NCBI RefSeq assembly: GCF_009914755.1
Contig: NC_060935.1
Direction: 5' to 3' (one strand)
Length of the DNA: 64,000 nt
Source of the DNA: the human T2T-CHM13v2.0 reference genome, Homo sapiens
Under the pieces are notes generated by a model. The model did not search any database and was not told where the DNA came from. It saw only the letters and a program-made list of their open reading frames with translations. Each line of letters begins with the position of its first letter. Positions within the stretch are counted from its first letter, which is position 1. Of the stretch, positions 21,197 through 52,533 are shown piece after piece. Both the position numbers and the translations under genes were made by a program.

Positions 21197-21495
21197 TTTT
21201 GTTTTGTTTTTTGAGACAGAGTCTCAGTCTGTCACCTAAGCTGGAGTACAGTGGTGCAATCTCAACTCACTGCAACCTCTGCCTCCCGGGTTCAAGCAAT
21301 TCTCCCTGCCTCAGCCTCCCCAGTAGCTGGGATTACAGGTGCCCACCAGCACGCCCGGCCAATTTTTGTATTTTTTAGTAGAGGCAAGGTTTTGCCATGT
21401 TGGCCAGGCTGGTCTCGAACTCCTGACCTCAGGTGATCCACCCACCTCAGCCTCCCTAAGTACTGGGATTACAGGCATGAGCCACTGCACCTGTC
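21197..21495 (-). mobile_element. AluS
   Basis: Reverse Alu; TSD-like agaagtata(t/a)ttctt. Confidence 0.93.
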
Positions 21496-21514
21496 CTAGA
21501 AGTATAATTCTTGA

Positions 21515-21855
21515 CTGTATTAGTTAAATGCTATATTGACTTTATGCTAGCTGCTGTAAAAATAAGCTTTGAAACCTCAATGGCTTAACACAATCGGAGT
21601 GTATTTCTCTCCGCATAAGCCCAATATGAGGTTGGGTGTTGAGAAACTCAGAATGATGAAAGTCTGCTGTCTTCACTATATCAGCATCACTCTGAGGTTT
21701 CTTGCACCTTCATTTGAAGGTGAAATGCATCAAATTCCACTGGTCAGAACTACTTGCCCATGACTAACTAAAAGGGAAGCTGGGAAATGTAGCTGAACTG
21801 TGGTCCAACAGGGGAAAAAAATGGTTTGGTAACCAGCTAGCCAGTATTTGTCATG
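21515..21855 (-). mobile_element. Old MLT1 LTR fragment
   Basis: tgctagctgctgtaaaa...ctcaatggcttaacaca...gggaagctgggaaatgtag. Confidence 0.6.
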
Positions 21856-22895
21856 CCAGCAGATCAGACAACTTTATTGGTTCAAGCAGAGAGCTTCCCT
21901 TTTTTTTTTTCAAAAGGTGCTCCTTAACAAACTGAAACAACTTTTAAATGAGCTTAGTTCATGGTCTTTTGTTAAGAAGAAGTCCTTTATTTTTATGTTG
22001 TAGATATGATATTATTACCACCCAGTCCTTCTGTATAATTATTGTCAGAAAGCATGGCTTGAGAACAACTCTTTTTATATTCAAATACTGTTTTTGGTAA
22101 CTGTTCTCCAGTATTTTGATTTACTGTCAAAAAATTTATATAGCATACAAATAATGCACTTATCTGGTAAGTAAATTTCTTAGCTAATTTATTAAGATAT
22201 TCTCTTGACTTCTGGGAGCTAGAATGATCTTGACTACATTTATGTGGAAGAACTTTGGGGCCTGAGACATCACTTGTCCATGTGTTTAAGTGAGTCCAGA
22301 TCTATTTCTGAAGAAAGTCTTGTCTTTGCACATGTACCTTCTTAGGCCTATTTCCAAATGGCAGTGGGATGGCCTTCTTTTTGGGCTATCGCACTGTTAG
22401 ATGCCTCATTGCTCTGAAAGAATGTCAGTCCTACCTTCAGCCCCATTGAGTGCTAAATCAACTATTACTCAGCAGCAAAATCATTTCCATTCTAGTTTCT
22501 TACCAGAAAAATAACTTCAAACTTTCTCTGCACTTTATTTATCAAAAGCTCAAGTGAAAAAAAATAATACTCATTGGGGATTACTTGAAGGATAAGTAAT
22601 CTATCCACTTCTCTAAACAATCTAAATGTTATCCCTTATTTATGACTATTAGAATAAGCTATGTAGCTGGATTGCCCCTGTCTCTTGTAGAATTGCTTGT
22701 GCTGAATTGCATTTTGGTTTTACACACCAAAGCTGGTTGTAAGAGATGGCCCTAGGAATCTTGCTGTTGTAGTTATTGTAAGGATGTTGTTGAGGACTTT
22801 GACCACTATGTTATAGAGTGACTCATAATTAGGGAAAATTTCTCTCGGATCTTATTACCAGGAAGCTATATTTCTCTTAAGAGCTACTTCATTTT

Positions 22896-23239
<344 letters not shown>

Positions 23240-23510
23240 TCAGATTTCCCTATGGCTTTGTCCCTGGAAGCTCAGAATCAAATTTACGGCCCAGGTCTAG
23301 CTATTGTCTAGAACTATATAATATGCACTTTTGTGTGTCATCATAACAGTTGGTTTTAGCTTATTTTCCTTCTCCTGCTTGCCTTTACTTCTTTCCTCCA
23401 CACCAATTACTTAACCCATTATTTCATGTTACATTTCTATAAATTGCTTCAAAGACTTTAGAAACATAGGAATTATATGTTTGAGCATGTACTTACATGT
23501 ATATGCTTAA

Positions 23511-24406
<896 letters not shown>

Positions 24407-24764
24407 TTGTTTCTTTCTTTATACTCCACTGCTTCTCTCCTCCAACCCATCCTGCAGACTGCTCCCACCCTTGCTTTTTCTTAAGCTATTCCCTGTTCCT
24501 TCCTCTCCTCATTGCCAAATCTTCCTCCAAGGGCCTCAGCCCTAGCTGCTCTGTCAGAATGGAATGTTCTTTCCTGACAGACTTCTTGTCAGTTCCTTGC
24601 CAACTACACAGAGAGACTTCCTGACCCTCATCCTCTCTAAAGCTGACTCTTGTCCCCTGCTCGCCCTACCTCATATATAAACAGCACCTTGCTTACTTTC
24701 TTCGCTATATTCTGTCATCATTTTCTTATTAATTCCCTTGGTGGTTATATGTCTACTCAACTAG

Positions 24765-25242
<478 letters not shown>

Positions 25243-25584
25243 AATCCAGGTCTTCAGATGCATGAATAAATTGTTGAGCCTATGAACTGCAGAAAACCTC
25301 TTCTAACTCTTCTGTACTCTCAGGAATATTCCCTTTTCAAAACTCCTGAATTTACTCCTATCTTGTCCGAACCTAGTCACTCGGCACGTTTAAAGCCCTC
25401 AATACCTCTTTGTTTCGTGTTTCAAGATGGATTTCCCCAATTACTTTGTAAGTTTTAAATTATTTGGCTAATAGATTATTAGAGGAACACTGAAGGTACA
25501 GGCAGTGGAATCTGGATATCAGCAGGGGATTTAAATAGTCTCATATTCATGAGGGTGCGCGAACCTTTATGCTAACTCAGAACT

Positions 25585-26980
<1,396 letters not shown>

Positions 26981-27084
26981 CAATGATAGAAGGACAAGAA
27001 GGGGAGGTAGAAAGGGAACTTACATTTTTTGAGAACCACTTAGATTAGGCAAAACACGTCATAGGAAGATATATTTCACCTCCT

Positions 27085-27529
<445 letters not shown>

Positions 27530-27771
27530 AGTCACCTCCCTTTTTTAAACAATGGGAGCAAGCAAAGGGTAGAGTGAGTTTCCTTGAGACATCATTAACT
27601 CAACAAAATGTTTTGAGTGTGTTTCATGTGCCAGGTATCCTAAGAACTAGGGATGGAGCATGAATAAGACTTTGTTCCTGTTCTCATGGTATTGACAATT
27701 TAGCAGAGGCCAGGAGGAATCCATCTGAAAAAAAAGTTCCGTCAGGCCTGGATCAGAGATTCTATCCCTGA

Positions 27772-28835
<1,064 letters not shown>

Positions 28836-28838
28836 TTA

Positions 28839-29266
<428 letters not shown>

Positions 29267-29297
29267 TCAAGAGATTCAATGGTAATGAATCACCAGA

Positions 29298-29868
<571 letters not shown>

Positions 29869-30242
29869 CCCAAATTGATTTTTAAAGCAGCATTTTACTT
29901 TAGCTCCAGCAGAGGGAGCCAGGTCCATGTTGATTAAAGGCAAAACAAAAAATCCAAAACAAAACAAAAGAAAGAAAACTAACAAACAAAAATGGGAGGT
30001 TCAGGCAAAGAGATTCCTTTTTCAAAGAAAATGCCGTCTAATTTCCGAAGTATTGTATTTCCGCCTTCCTTTGAAATCCCTGAGCAGCTCTTTCCTCTCT
30101 GAGACTTTAGGGCATAAATCTGAAGTTGAGACAGGTCACAATAGAAAACTTTCACTTTTTTGAGTCCTTTTCAAGGTACAGAATGTCAGTTTGTGTAAAC
30201 ATTATTTGACGCTGAAGACTCAGCTTAAATTTCCCATTTATG

Positions 30243-30542
<300 letters not shown>

Positions 30543-30544
30543 GG

Positions 30545-31300
30545 TGATAAAACATAACATAAAAATTACCATCTTAATCGTTTTTAAGTATACGGTTCAG
30601 TGATATTAAGGACATTCATGTCATTGCACAACCATCACCACCATCCATCTCCAGAACTCTTTTCATCTTGTGAAACTGAAAGTCTGTACCCATTAAACAA
30701 CTCCCACTTCCCCCTCCCACCTAGTCCCTGACAACCACAATTCTACTTTCTGTCTCTATTGATTTGACTACTCCAGGTACTTCACATAAGTGGAATCATA
30801 CAGTATTTGCCTTTTTGTGACTGGCTTATTTCACTTAGCATTATGTCCTCAAGGTTCATCCATGTTGTAGCATGTGTCAGAATTTCTTTCTTTTTTAAGG
30901 CTAAATAATATTCCATTGCATATGTATATCACACTTTGTTTATCCATTTACCTATTGGTGGACACTTGGTTGTGTTCCACCTTTTGGCTATTATGAATAA
31001 TGCTGCTATGAACATGGATATATAAAAACTTTTTTTTTTTTGAGACCTTGTTTTCAGTTCTTTTGGGTATATACCCAGAAGTGGAATTGCTAGATTGTAT
31101 AGTAATTCTATTTTTAATGTTTTGAGGAACCACTACACTGTTTTCCATAGTGGCTGCACCATTTTACATTTCCACCAGCCAAAAATAAGGGTTCCAATTT
31201 TTCCACATCCTAATCGAAACTTACTATTTTCTATTTTCTTTCTTTTTATAGTAGCCATACTAATGGGTGTCAGGTGGTATCTCATTGTGGTTTTGTGGTT
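30545..31300 (-). mobile_element. L1MB/L1MA 3' end
   Basis: tgtgactggcttatttcacttagcatt...gggtatatacccagaagtggaattgc...tggtatctcattgtggtttt. Confidence 0.88.
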
Positions 31301-31486
31301 TCTTTTTTAATCAACATGAAATCTACATAAGGTTAAAAAGTCAAATAATGCATTTCTACAAGGTTTGTAATGTCCAAAGCCCTATCCTATCCTCTTTGTC
31401 CCCCAATCCTGCTCCCTACAGACAGCCATTTTCAACACTTTTAGTTCTTCTGGTCCATGAACCCACATTCTTAAGTAATATGCTAA

Positions 31487-34654
<3,168 letters not shown>

Positions 34655-35347
34655 TAAAACTTTTTACATATTTGGGATTCTTTCCTTTATATAGAATTTT
34701 ACAAAGTCAAAGGATATGAACATTTTTAAGGCTGAAATATAATGCTACTTCAAGGATGCATACTCAGAGACTGAAACTCTTAAACTCTTAAATGATCATG
34801 ATATATTTTATACTCTTTAGAGGCTTCATTTGAATGCAGCCATCTTTGACGGGAAATGATTAAATTGCTACCCATCCAGATTTAATATGTATAGTTCATG
34901 ACAGAAAGATAAACCTCTTAAGTGAACTGTCTCTGTTTCTCCAAGCTGTAAAATCTTAGAAGATGCCCAGGACAGAATGGCTCAGAAATGCTATAAGTAG
35001 GATCCAAAATATGCTTATTAGCCCTCTTATGTAAGAAGTGCTCTGTCCTCTGACATACCACAAAGAAAACAGCCTATGCTCTGGGCATGTCTTTATTCTC
35101 TCTCTCAATAGCACATTATCACACAGCACAATGTGGAACTTTCAATACCTATAGAACCTTGAGGATGTGCTAAGATGTTCTTGATCGAATCCTGATTCAG
35201 TCATTTCCTTGGATATTAAACCCTTCACCTCTCAGGCTGTATTGCTGGCTCTAACAAAGGGCTGGAATCCTCCTTGTGTAAAAAACTTTCCCTCTTGGTT
35301 GCCCTCAACAAAGTGAACAGTGGATCTCTTTAACAGTAAAGCTTCTC

Positions 35348-35982
<635 letters not shown>

Positions 35983-35994
35983 TTAAGAACAAAG

Positions 35995-36265
35995 GCAAAA
36001 ACATTATCAAAACTCGTCACTTCTTAATTATTTTTGCTACATTTCACTGTGATCTATGTTTTGAGGTTACTTATATCTACTGCATCTGTATAGTAGAAAT
36101 CCTAGGTAATGGTATGCAGTAACTGTACATCTCCCAATTCTGTACTCAGTGACATGGCAAGATTGGCAATGGTGGAAGTATTTACCCCTGCAAATGTTAC
36201 AAATCAGAACTTTCCTCCCTCCTCCTCCAAGAGAGTCAGTTCTTAATCCTGAACTAGTACTCCAT
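35995..36265. mobile_element. MER63-like hAT DNA transposon fragment
   Basis: cacttcttaattattttgctacatt...ggtggaagtatttaccc...gagagtcagtt. Confidence 0.55.
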
Positions 36266-36377
36266 GCATTGTTGACACATTAGTTATAGAGCAGACCAAA
36301 CAAGTTACTCAGTTGAAAAGTAAGAGCTTCAGTCAGCCTGACTCCAAATTTGTCTCTGCTAATTTAGAGAAAGCGCA

Positions 36378-37787
<1,410 letters not shown>

Positions 37788-38329
37788 CACATTTTAAAAT
37801 TTAAAAAGAAATCTGACTAGAATAAAAGCACAGTCATTCAACACTGAGCAGTAATAGGCCCACAGATTAAGTTCCTTTGGATTTATTTTTATTTTGGCTA
37901 AAAGGATTTATCTTGATCTTTGAAGGCATCAAGCATGAAGGGTGAAACCAGAGGACCAATTGTGCATGGTGAATAACTGAGCAAAATGGTTGTTCTCTCC
38001 AGCTTCCAGCACTAAAACAAATACCTTAACAGTTGCTTGTGGTGTCATACTTTCAAAAAGAAGTACTATATTCCTAGCAGTGTGATTATTTAAAGGAAAA
38101 GCATGCAGATAGAAGCTGCACATGAGGAATTAAACTTAAATTGCCTAGCAACGTGACAGCTTTCAGCAAATGTTAATAATGACGAAGATGATAGTGATCA
38201 TAATGATGAGGTTGACACATGACATATGAACCACGTGCAGGAGCAGGAAAACAAGTCAGTCACAAGTCTGTACATAATAGCTTGCAAAGCAGGTTTGGAG
38301 CTTGCCTGAGGAAAAGGCCAAAGAGGTGG

Positions 38330-39024
<695 letters not shown>

Positions 39025-39293
39025 TCATTGAGAAGGGGTAAACATGCCAGGTTTACTTGGTGACCTGAGGAGGATCTAGCCTCCTAGGTAAGTCAACAGA
39101 GAGAAATGAGGGCATGTATCTTTCAAATATGTCAATCCTATGACAGTGATGTCTCTCTGTTGATGACTGGATTAGCATTTGGCATTTGGCTCTTGTGTAC
39201 TTTGGGCAGCCCAAGTCTATCATCTCTGAGGCTCTGGTCATGCTGGGGACTTTCAAAGGAAAGGACAGATCAAGCCAGACTTGCTTTACACAC

Positions 39294-40036
<743 letters not shown>

Positions 40037-40044
40037 AGTGCCAA

Positions 40045-40490
<446 letters not shown>

Positions 40491-40523
40491 CAAACAACCA
40501 TCAACACTTCCAGTTACACTTCT

Positions 40524-40871
40524 ACTTTTCTCTTTCTTTCTTTCCTTCCTTCCTTCCCTTCCTTTCCCTCCTTCCCTCCTCTTCCTTCCTTCCTCTTTCT
40601 CCTTCCTTCCCTCCTTCCTTTCCTTCCTTTCTTCCTTTCTCTCTCTCTTCCTCCCCTTCCTTCCTTTCCTCCCTCTCTCCCCTCTTCCCTCCCCTCCCCT
40701 CCCTCCTTCACTCCCTCACTTCCTTCCTTCCTTCCTTCCTGTCACCCAGGATGGAAAACATTATGGCCCAATCATAGTTTACCACAATCTTGAACTCTTG
40801 GGCTAAAGCAATCCTCTGGCCTTGGCCTCCCGAAGTGCGAGGATTACAGGCATGAGCCATTGCGCCTGGCC
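40524..40871 (-). repeat. (TTCC)n/CT-rich tract (40524-40740) fused to an Alu monomer (40741-40871)
   Basis: About 215 bp almost pure polypyrimidine at the tail position of a reverse Alu monomer. Confidence 0.88.
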
Positions 40872-41227
40872 ATACTTCTGTTTTCAACAAGGATTCATCC
40901 ATAATATTTATCATCCCTTCTATTTTGAAGGTCATAAATGTCCAATTCAGAACCTAATGCTTGCTGTTTAGGCCCTCTATATCTAGAGACTTAGAGCAAG
41001 CCTTTGACTTGTTTTGTTCGTCTTTGTCCCTTTATACCTAGACATGGGTCAGGATAGGGCAGTAATAGGTGTCCAAATCTCCCTCTCTTTGGGCCAGGGC
41101 AGGACCAGCACTAGCTAAATGGCTGCTTAAGCCAGGTGTCTTGCCTGAGGTAGACTGAAGCTGAGAGAGAACCTCGGGGAGGCTCAAAGGCAGAAGCAGA
41201 GACAGCTGAATCGAATCTGGTCAGTGT

Positions 41228-42048
<821 letters not shown>

Positions 42049-42718
42049 AAATGAATGGATTATGTGAAACTTAGTTATAGACAAGATTAAAATTCATCTG
42101 TAATCTTTAGATGAATGGTGTTATATGAGAATAAAGTACAATGTGTCAGAAGAAACAATTACCACTGTGCTAATAAACTATCACTTAATTACAAAAATAA
42201 AATCCTTCAAGTCCTCAAACTTGCCACTGTGGTTTTTCCTCTCACAAAGGAAATCCTGTTATAATTCTTAAATCCAAATGAAGGCATTTTAATATTCCCT
42301 TTTCCTGCAAGCTAAATGTCTTATTGAATTATAAAACAGAAAATTTTCATCTCAGAAAGTTTTACTCAATTTTTTGTATCCCCCAAATAATGCTTAAAGC
42401 TGTTCAAAGTTTTAATTATTACAAAACACTTAAGATAAAAGCTTGTAATCCCTCAAAGCAAATCACAACAAATCCAAGGGCTTTCTTTTCTTCAAAGGGA
42501 ACTGTCTAAATAAAGGGGGAAAACTGTGTAATAAGCTAAGCATAATATTGTTGGCTGCTTCATAATAACCAACAGGCACACAATGGCTTGGGGCCTAGCA
42601 AGCAACAAAGAATAATTCTTCATCACATAGTCTTCACTTTGATTTCAGCTAGATGTCTGACCATGGTGAACCAGTTTATCAACATTAGCCTCCCTTTTCT
42701 TCCCTGTAAAATGAGGGA

Positions 42719-43186
42719 TTGGTTCCAAGTCTTTGCTATTGTGAATAGTGCCACAATGATAGACTGGATTAAGAAAATGTGGCACATAGACACCATGGAA
42801 TACTATGCAGCCATAAAAAAGGATGAATTCATGTCCTTTGTAGGGACATGGATGAAGCTGGAAACCATCATTCTCAGCAAACTACCGCAAGGACAAAAAA
42901 CCAAACACCGCATGTTCTCACTCATAGGTGGGAATTGAACAATGAGAACACATGGACACAGGAAGGGGAACATCGCACACTGGGGACGGTTGTGGGGTGG
43001 AGGGAGCGGGGAGGGATAGTGTTAGGAGATATACCTAATGTTAAATGACGAGTTAATGGGTGCAGCACACCAACATGGCACATGTATACATATGTAACAA
43101 ACCTGCACGTTGTGCATATGTACCCTAAAACTTAAAGTATAATAATAATAAAAACAAACAAACAAAACAAAACATTGAGTTAAAAA
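42719..43186 (+). mobile_element. 5'-truncated, 5'-inverted L1PA (PA3-PA5-like)
   Basis: ORF2 C-terminus (IDWIKKMWHI..MEYYAAIKKDEFMSF) plus 3'UTR; antisense segment 42719-42757; 15-bp TSD aaaatgagggattgg at 42708-42722 and 43187-43201. Confidence 0.93.
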
Positions 43187-43510
43187 AAAATGAGGGATTG
43201 GACTAGCTGGTACCTAGTCCCCACATTTCATTGATTCAGTAAAAGCCTGCTTTTGATTTTGAGAGCATCAAAAACTATTTACCATCAAAAAGAGCATCGA
43301 AAAATAAGAGCGGACCCAAGAGGTGAAGCAACTCTCCCCTGGTTACACAGAAGCAGAGCTAGGATTAAACTCCAAGGTGTCTGACTTCCAGGACAGGAGC
43401 ATTTTCCATAATGTCATGCGGCTTGAAATTCTTTCCAGAGATGAGCTTTCCTGCTATATGTATGAAATTGTAACCAAAATAAACATAAACTACATAAAAC
43501 ATTAAGCTAA

Positions 43511-43798
<288 letters not shown>

Positions 43799-44414
43799 TA
43801 AGTCATAAGTAACTGATTGTGGTCAGAAGTGTGGATGTAATTATTTCTAGGGAACCACATGAAAGCAGGTCAAGTTCTCATACACAGCAAAAATGCCTGT
43901 TTTCAAGACCAAGCAGTACTGATCCTCTTGGTATACGAGTGACCTGTGAGCAGAGACCATGCCTGGCCCATCTGTGTAGTTAGCAAGGCAGGTATTCTGC
44001 ACCTTGGAGATCATCCCATGAGTGTAGGGCCTGGGAGCAGGACTGAGGCAAAGGAGTTGGCTCAAGCATTAGGGAGGGGCATCTCCGGAAGACAAGGCAG
44101 GTATGGAAGGAGATCTTATAATAGTAGCCAAACATAAATCAGTCCTGTGCATAGGCACATGAGTAGAAATGTCAGGTATCCTCAACCATAGTTCCACACA
44201 ACTCGGGGATGAGGAAGGGAACTGTAGAGAAAAGAAACCCCATCTGTGTTTTCTAAATATATTATATCCCTCCCCACCCTTCTTCCTTTGAGAAAGTTTT
44301 AAAGTTATTATATATTTAACATTAGTGTATCTGAACATATTACTAGAAAAGGGATAAACTGCATGACAAAATGACTCATTTAAAAATTTCTATGATTTCT
44401 ATATTTATGTAATA

Positions 44415-45025
<611 letters not shown>

Positions 45026-45637
45026 ATTGGCTGCTCAGCTTCTAAGCTCACTTCTTAGGTTAGGAGAATCTTGGTGAGACTTGAAAGAGGCAGAGTCACT
45101 TCCCACTCTACAAGCTGAAAATGGCAGATATTCATATTCCAAGCACATGCCAGCCTCAGCCATTCTGATGCACTAAACAGCTTAAATCCAAAGCTAATGA
45201 TAAAAGGAGGGCCCAGAAAATCCTCTGTGGAGGCAGTGGAAGCTTCAGAGGCCTCGGTTCCAGAATCGGTTTAGGCAGCACAGAGAGAATAGTTAAGAGG
45301 GTGGGTTGGAGGCAGAAGCCTGGCTTTAAGTCCTGGCTCTGACCCTTGAGCAGGATGCCTAACCTCTCTTTGCTTCAAATGTCTAATCTGTAAAATGAGG
45401 GTCCTTAAGGAGATGATAATTGCAGACCTTTGTTGAGAGATGACCCTCTTCCAGGTGCCACATTTTACCTCTGTCCTACTGGATAATTGTCACAACAATC
45501 TGAGCAATAGTATGGGTATTTTTCTTACTCTCATTTTACAGAGGAGGAAATTGATGCACAGAGGAGGTAACCTGTACAAGAACATGTCACCATAAAGTGA
45601 GGGAGTATAAGTAGGCACAATTTCAATTAATTAATAA

Positions 45638-46551
<914 letters not shown>

Positions 46552-46699
46552 GTCTAGGAACCAACCTGAAAAAACTGAACTTTCATTAGAGGGTTTGAGA
46601 GTTAACGTATTAATGTAGAAGGTTTGAACATATAATGTATTAATGTGAAGGTTCGAATATTAATACATTAATAATTTTTGTAGTCATCACCCAAGCAGG

Positions 46700-48100
<1,401 letters not shown>

Positions 48101-48140
48101 ACGGATTGTAGTTCTTAAATCGGGTCCTATGGTTTGCTCA

Positions 48141-48612
48141 AGTGTAGCGGTCTCTATGCAATATCCTTGGCTCCCACACCTTCTCTTAGCAGAGGGCTAT
48201 GGGTGAGGCAGCTTCCTTAGAAAAAGACAGTGGGTATGAAGCTGGGGATGCAAGAGATTCCTTGCTTAGCAAGGGCTGTGTGGAATCTCTTCTAGAGAGG
48301 TGGCTCCAAGAATCACAGCTCCATCCATTCTCAGAAGTAGCAGTGGCAGCAGGTTCAGAGGCAGGCACCCAGTGTCTAGTTTTGGGGGATGCCCAATGTA
48401 AGCTGTGATGTCCAGTAGGCCCAGTAGCAGCTGGACCGTCTTCATCAGATTGCTCTAGGATGTGATTTTGAGCTTGGTCCCTAGCTGCAAAAACCTTCGA
48501 TCCTGATTCTCCTGCCCTTATTGAAATTCTGTGAACCACCAATATTCTTTTAATCATGTTCTTTTCTGCTTAGCTCAGTTGATTTCTGTTGTTTGTGAAA
48601 ACATTGACTGAT
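48141..48612 (+). mobile_element. LTR33/LTR16-like ERVL LTR
   Basis: Starts tgtagcgg; ends ttctgtgaaccaccaatattcttttaat...ttctgcttagc...ttctgttgtttg...gactgat. Confidence 0.6.
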
Positions 48613-48999
48613 TTAGGGACTATGTTACAGAGGGCTTCCATGGGTCAAAAGTTAATTTTGCTGGTCTTGTCTGTGGCCTCCTCACCACCTGCCCAAGTCC
48701 ATGGATCTAAGTAACTTGGCCAAGTTCACACAGCAGGTGGCACAGCCATTACTAAAACCTCCAACACCCCTCCAACAGACCTCCTAATTCTTAGCCCAGT
48801 TGATCTCCTTGTGAAAAATCCTGGGGACCTCTACCCCGGCCTTGCACTTGGGAGTCAACTCAGTTTCCTTAACTTGTCGCGTATGCTTGCCTTTAATTCT
48901 TGGTTTCTTGAATTTATGGGATCTCAAATTCCATTTAATGAATCTAAAATCCAACCAGTTAGGGGAGAGGTGGTTACAGTCACCACACAAATGGGGGAG

Positions 49000-50119
<1,120 letters not shown>

Positions 50120-51163
50120 ACATATTAAAGATTATTACATATCAGAGCTATCTTATACTTTTTACTGGTTGTAGAGTATATGGGTGTGCTCATCCCTGGG
50201 AGGATGAAAAAAATTAATTTGTCCTAATTTACTTTTCTCACACATACATGGAATGACTAGCACAGGGCTTAATACATAGTAAGCATTCATATCTTTTTGA
50301 AATCCTCAACACACATATTTAACTAACCCTTCTGGGGATCATGCCTTTGAAGTCCAAGTCAGGATCTGCTCTCATAGAAAGCCACAGCTTGGTGTCTTTC
50401 CAATTAAGAGTTTTCCCAGTTCTTGGCAGGAGCAACAAGGTCCACTCACTCTTGCAAATGGAGGCTCACAAATGGAGCCTTGTCCTTCCTCCAAAGATAA
50501 AGGAATGTTCTGAGGGTCTAGGCCTGTACTCCAGCTGCTGCCTTTCTTGATCATAGTATCTCATATTAACCAAAAGCCTATGGATTCTCTTACTAACACA
50601 GGGAAAAGGCAAAGTCAGCTACTATAGAACTTTCATAATTTTAAGGAACTAAGTTTTCTGGGCTGACACAATCATGCTGCCTTCCAACTTACCTGACTCC
50701 CAGAACAGCTTCCAAGTCTGAGTGCCAGGAGTTGCTTTGGCCCATTCCCTCTGGCTGAGTGACTGCTGAGTCTTTGGAGATCTGAGTCATTGGTCTTCTA
50801 GGAAGCTATGGCAGCCTCCAAGTGGTCCTTTGAAGGCTATACACTCCTCACTGGCCAATGCATTCCATGCTGAGGCTTTGGCCACCAGGGCTCATTAGGC
50901 ATCTTCCAGGGCAGACCTCAATACCTGTGGGCCTCAGGGACCCTGTAGAAGTCCATGTGTGCTCTTAGCTTGCCTCTTTCCTTGTCAGATGAGTGTGGCA
51001 AACACTAGAAATAGTGCAAATACCAAAGGGGATGTAAAGCCGTGATCTTATAGTGGTTAGTACTCTGCAATGTGAAGGGGAGGTAAGGAACATACAAGGC
51101 ATTGCTGATAAATAAGTCTGCTCAACCCAAAGAGATAATTGAAGATTCCCTATGTTTAGGTGA

Positions 51164-52338
<1,175 letters not shown>

Positions 52339-52533
52339 ATCTTCAAGGCTGTCATAAAGAGTTTGTTCTGATGTATAGGTATGTTGAAGTCACTATAGAA
52401 CTCTTTTGGGTTTCTAATTCCAGGGATGAAATAACTAGGGTAGTCCCTAGTTATCTGTGGTGGATAAGTTCCCAAACCCCCAGTGGATGAATGAAACTTT
52501 GGCTAGTACTAAACCCTATATAGACAGTCATGT

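Noticed and set aside
42588-42938. 116-aa ORF with L1 ORF2 C-terminal sequence
   Set aside because: Chance read-through from flank into a truncated, inverted L1; not a functional ORF2
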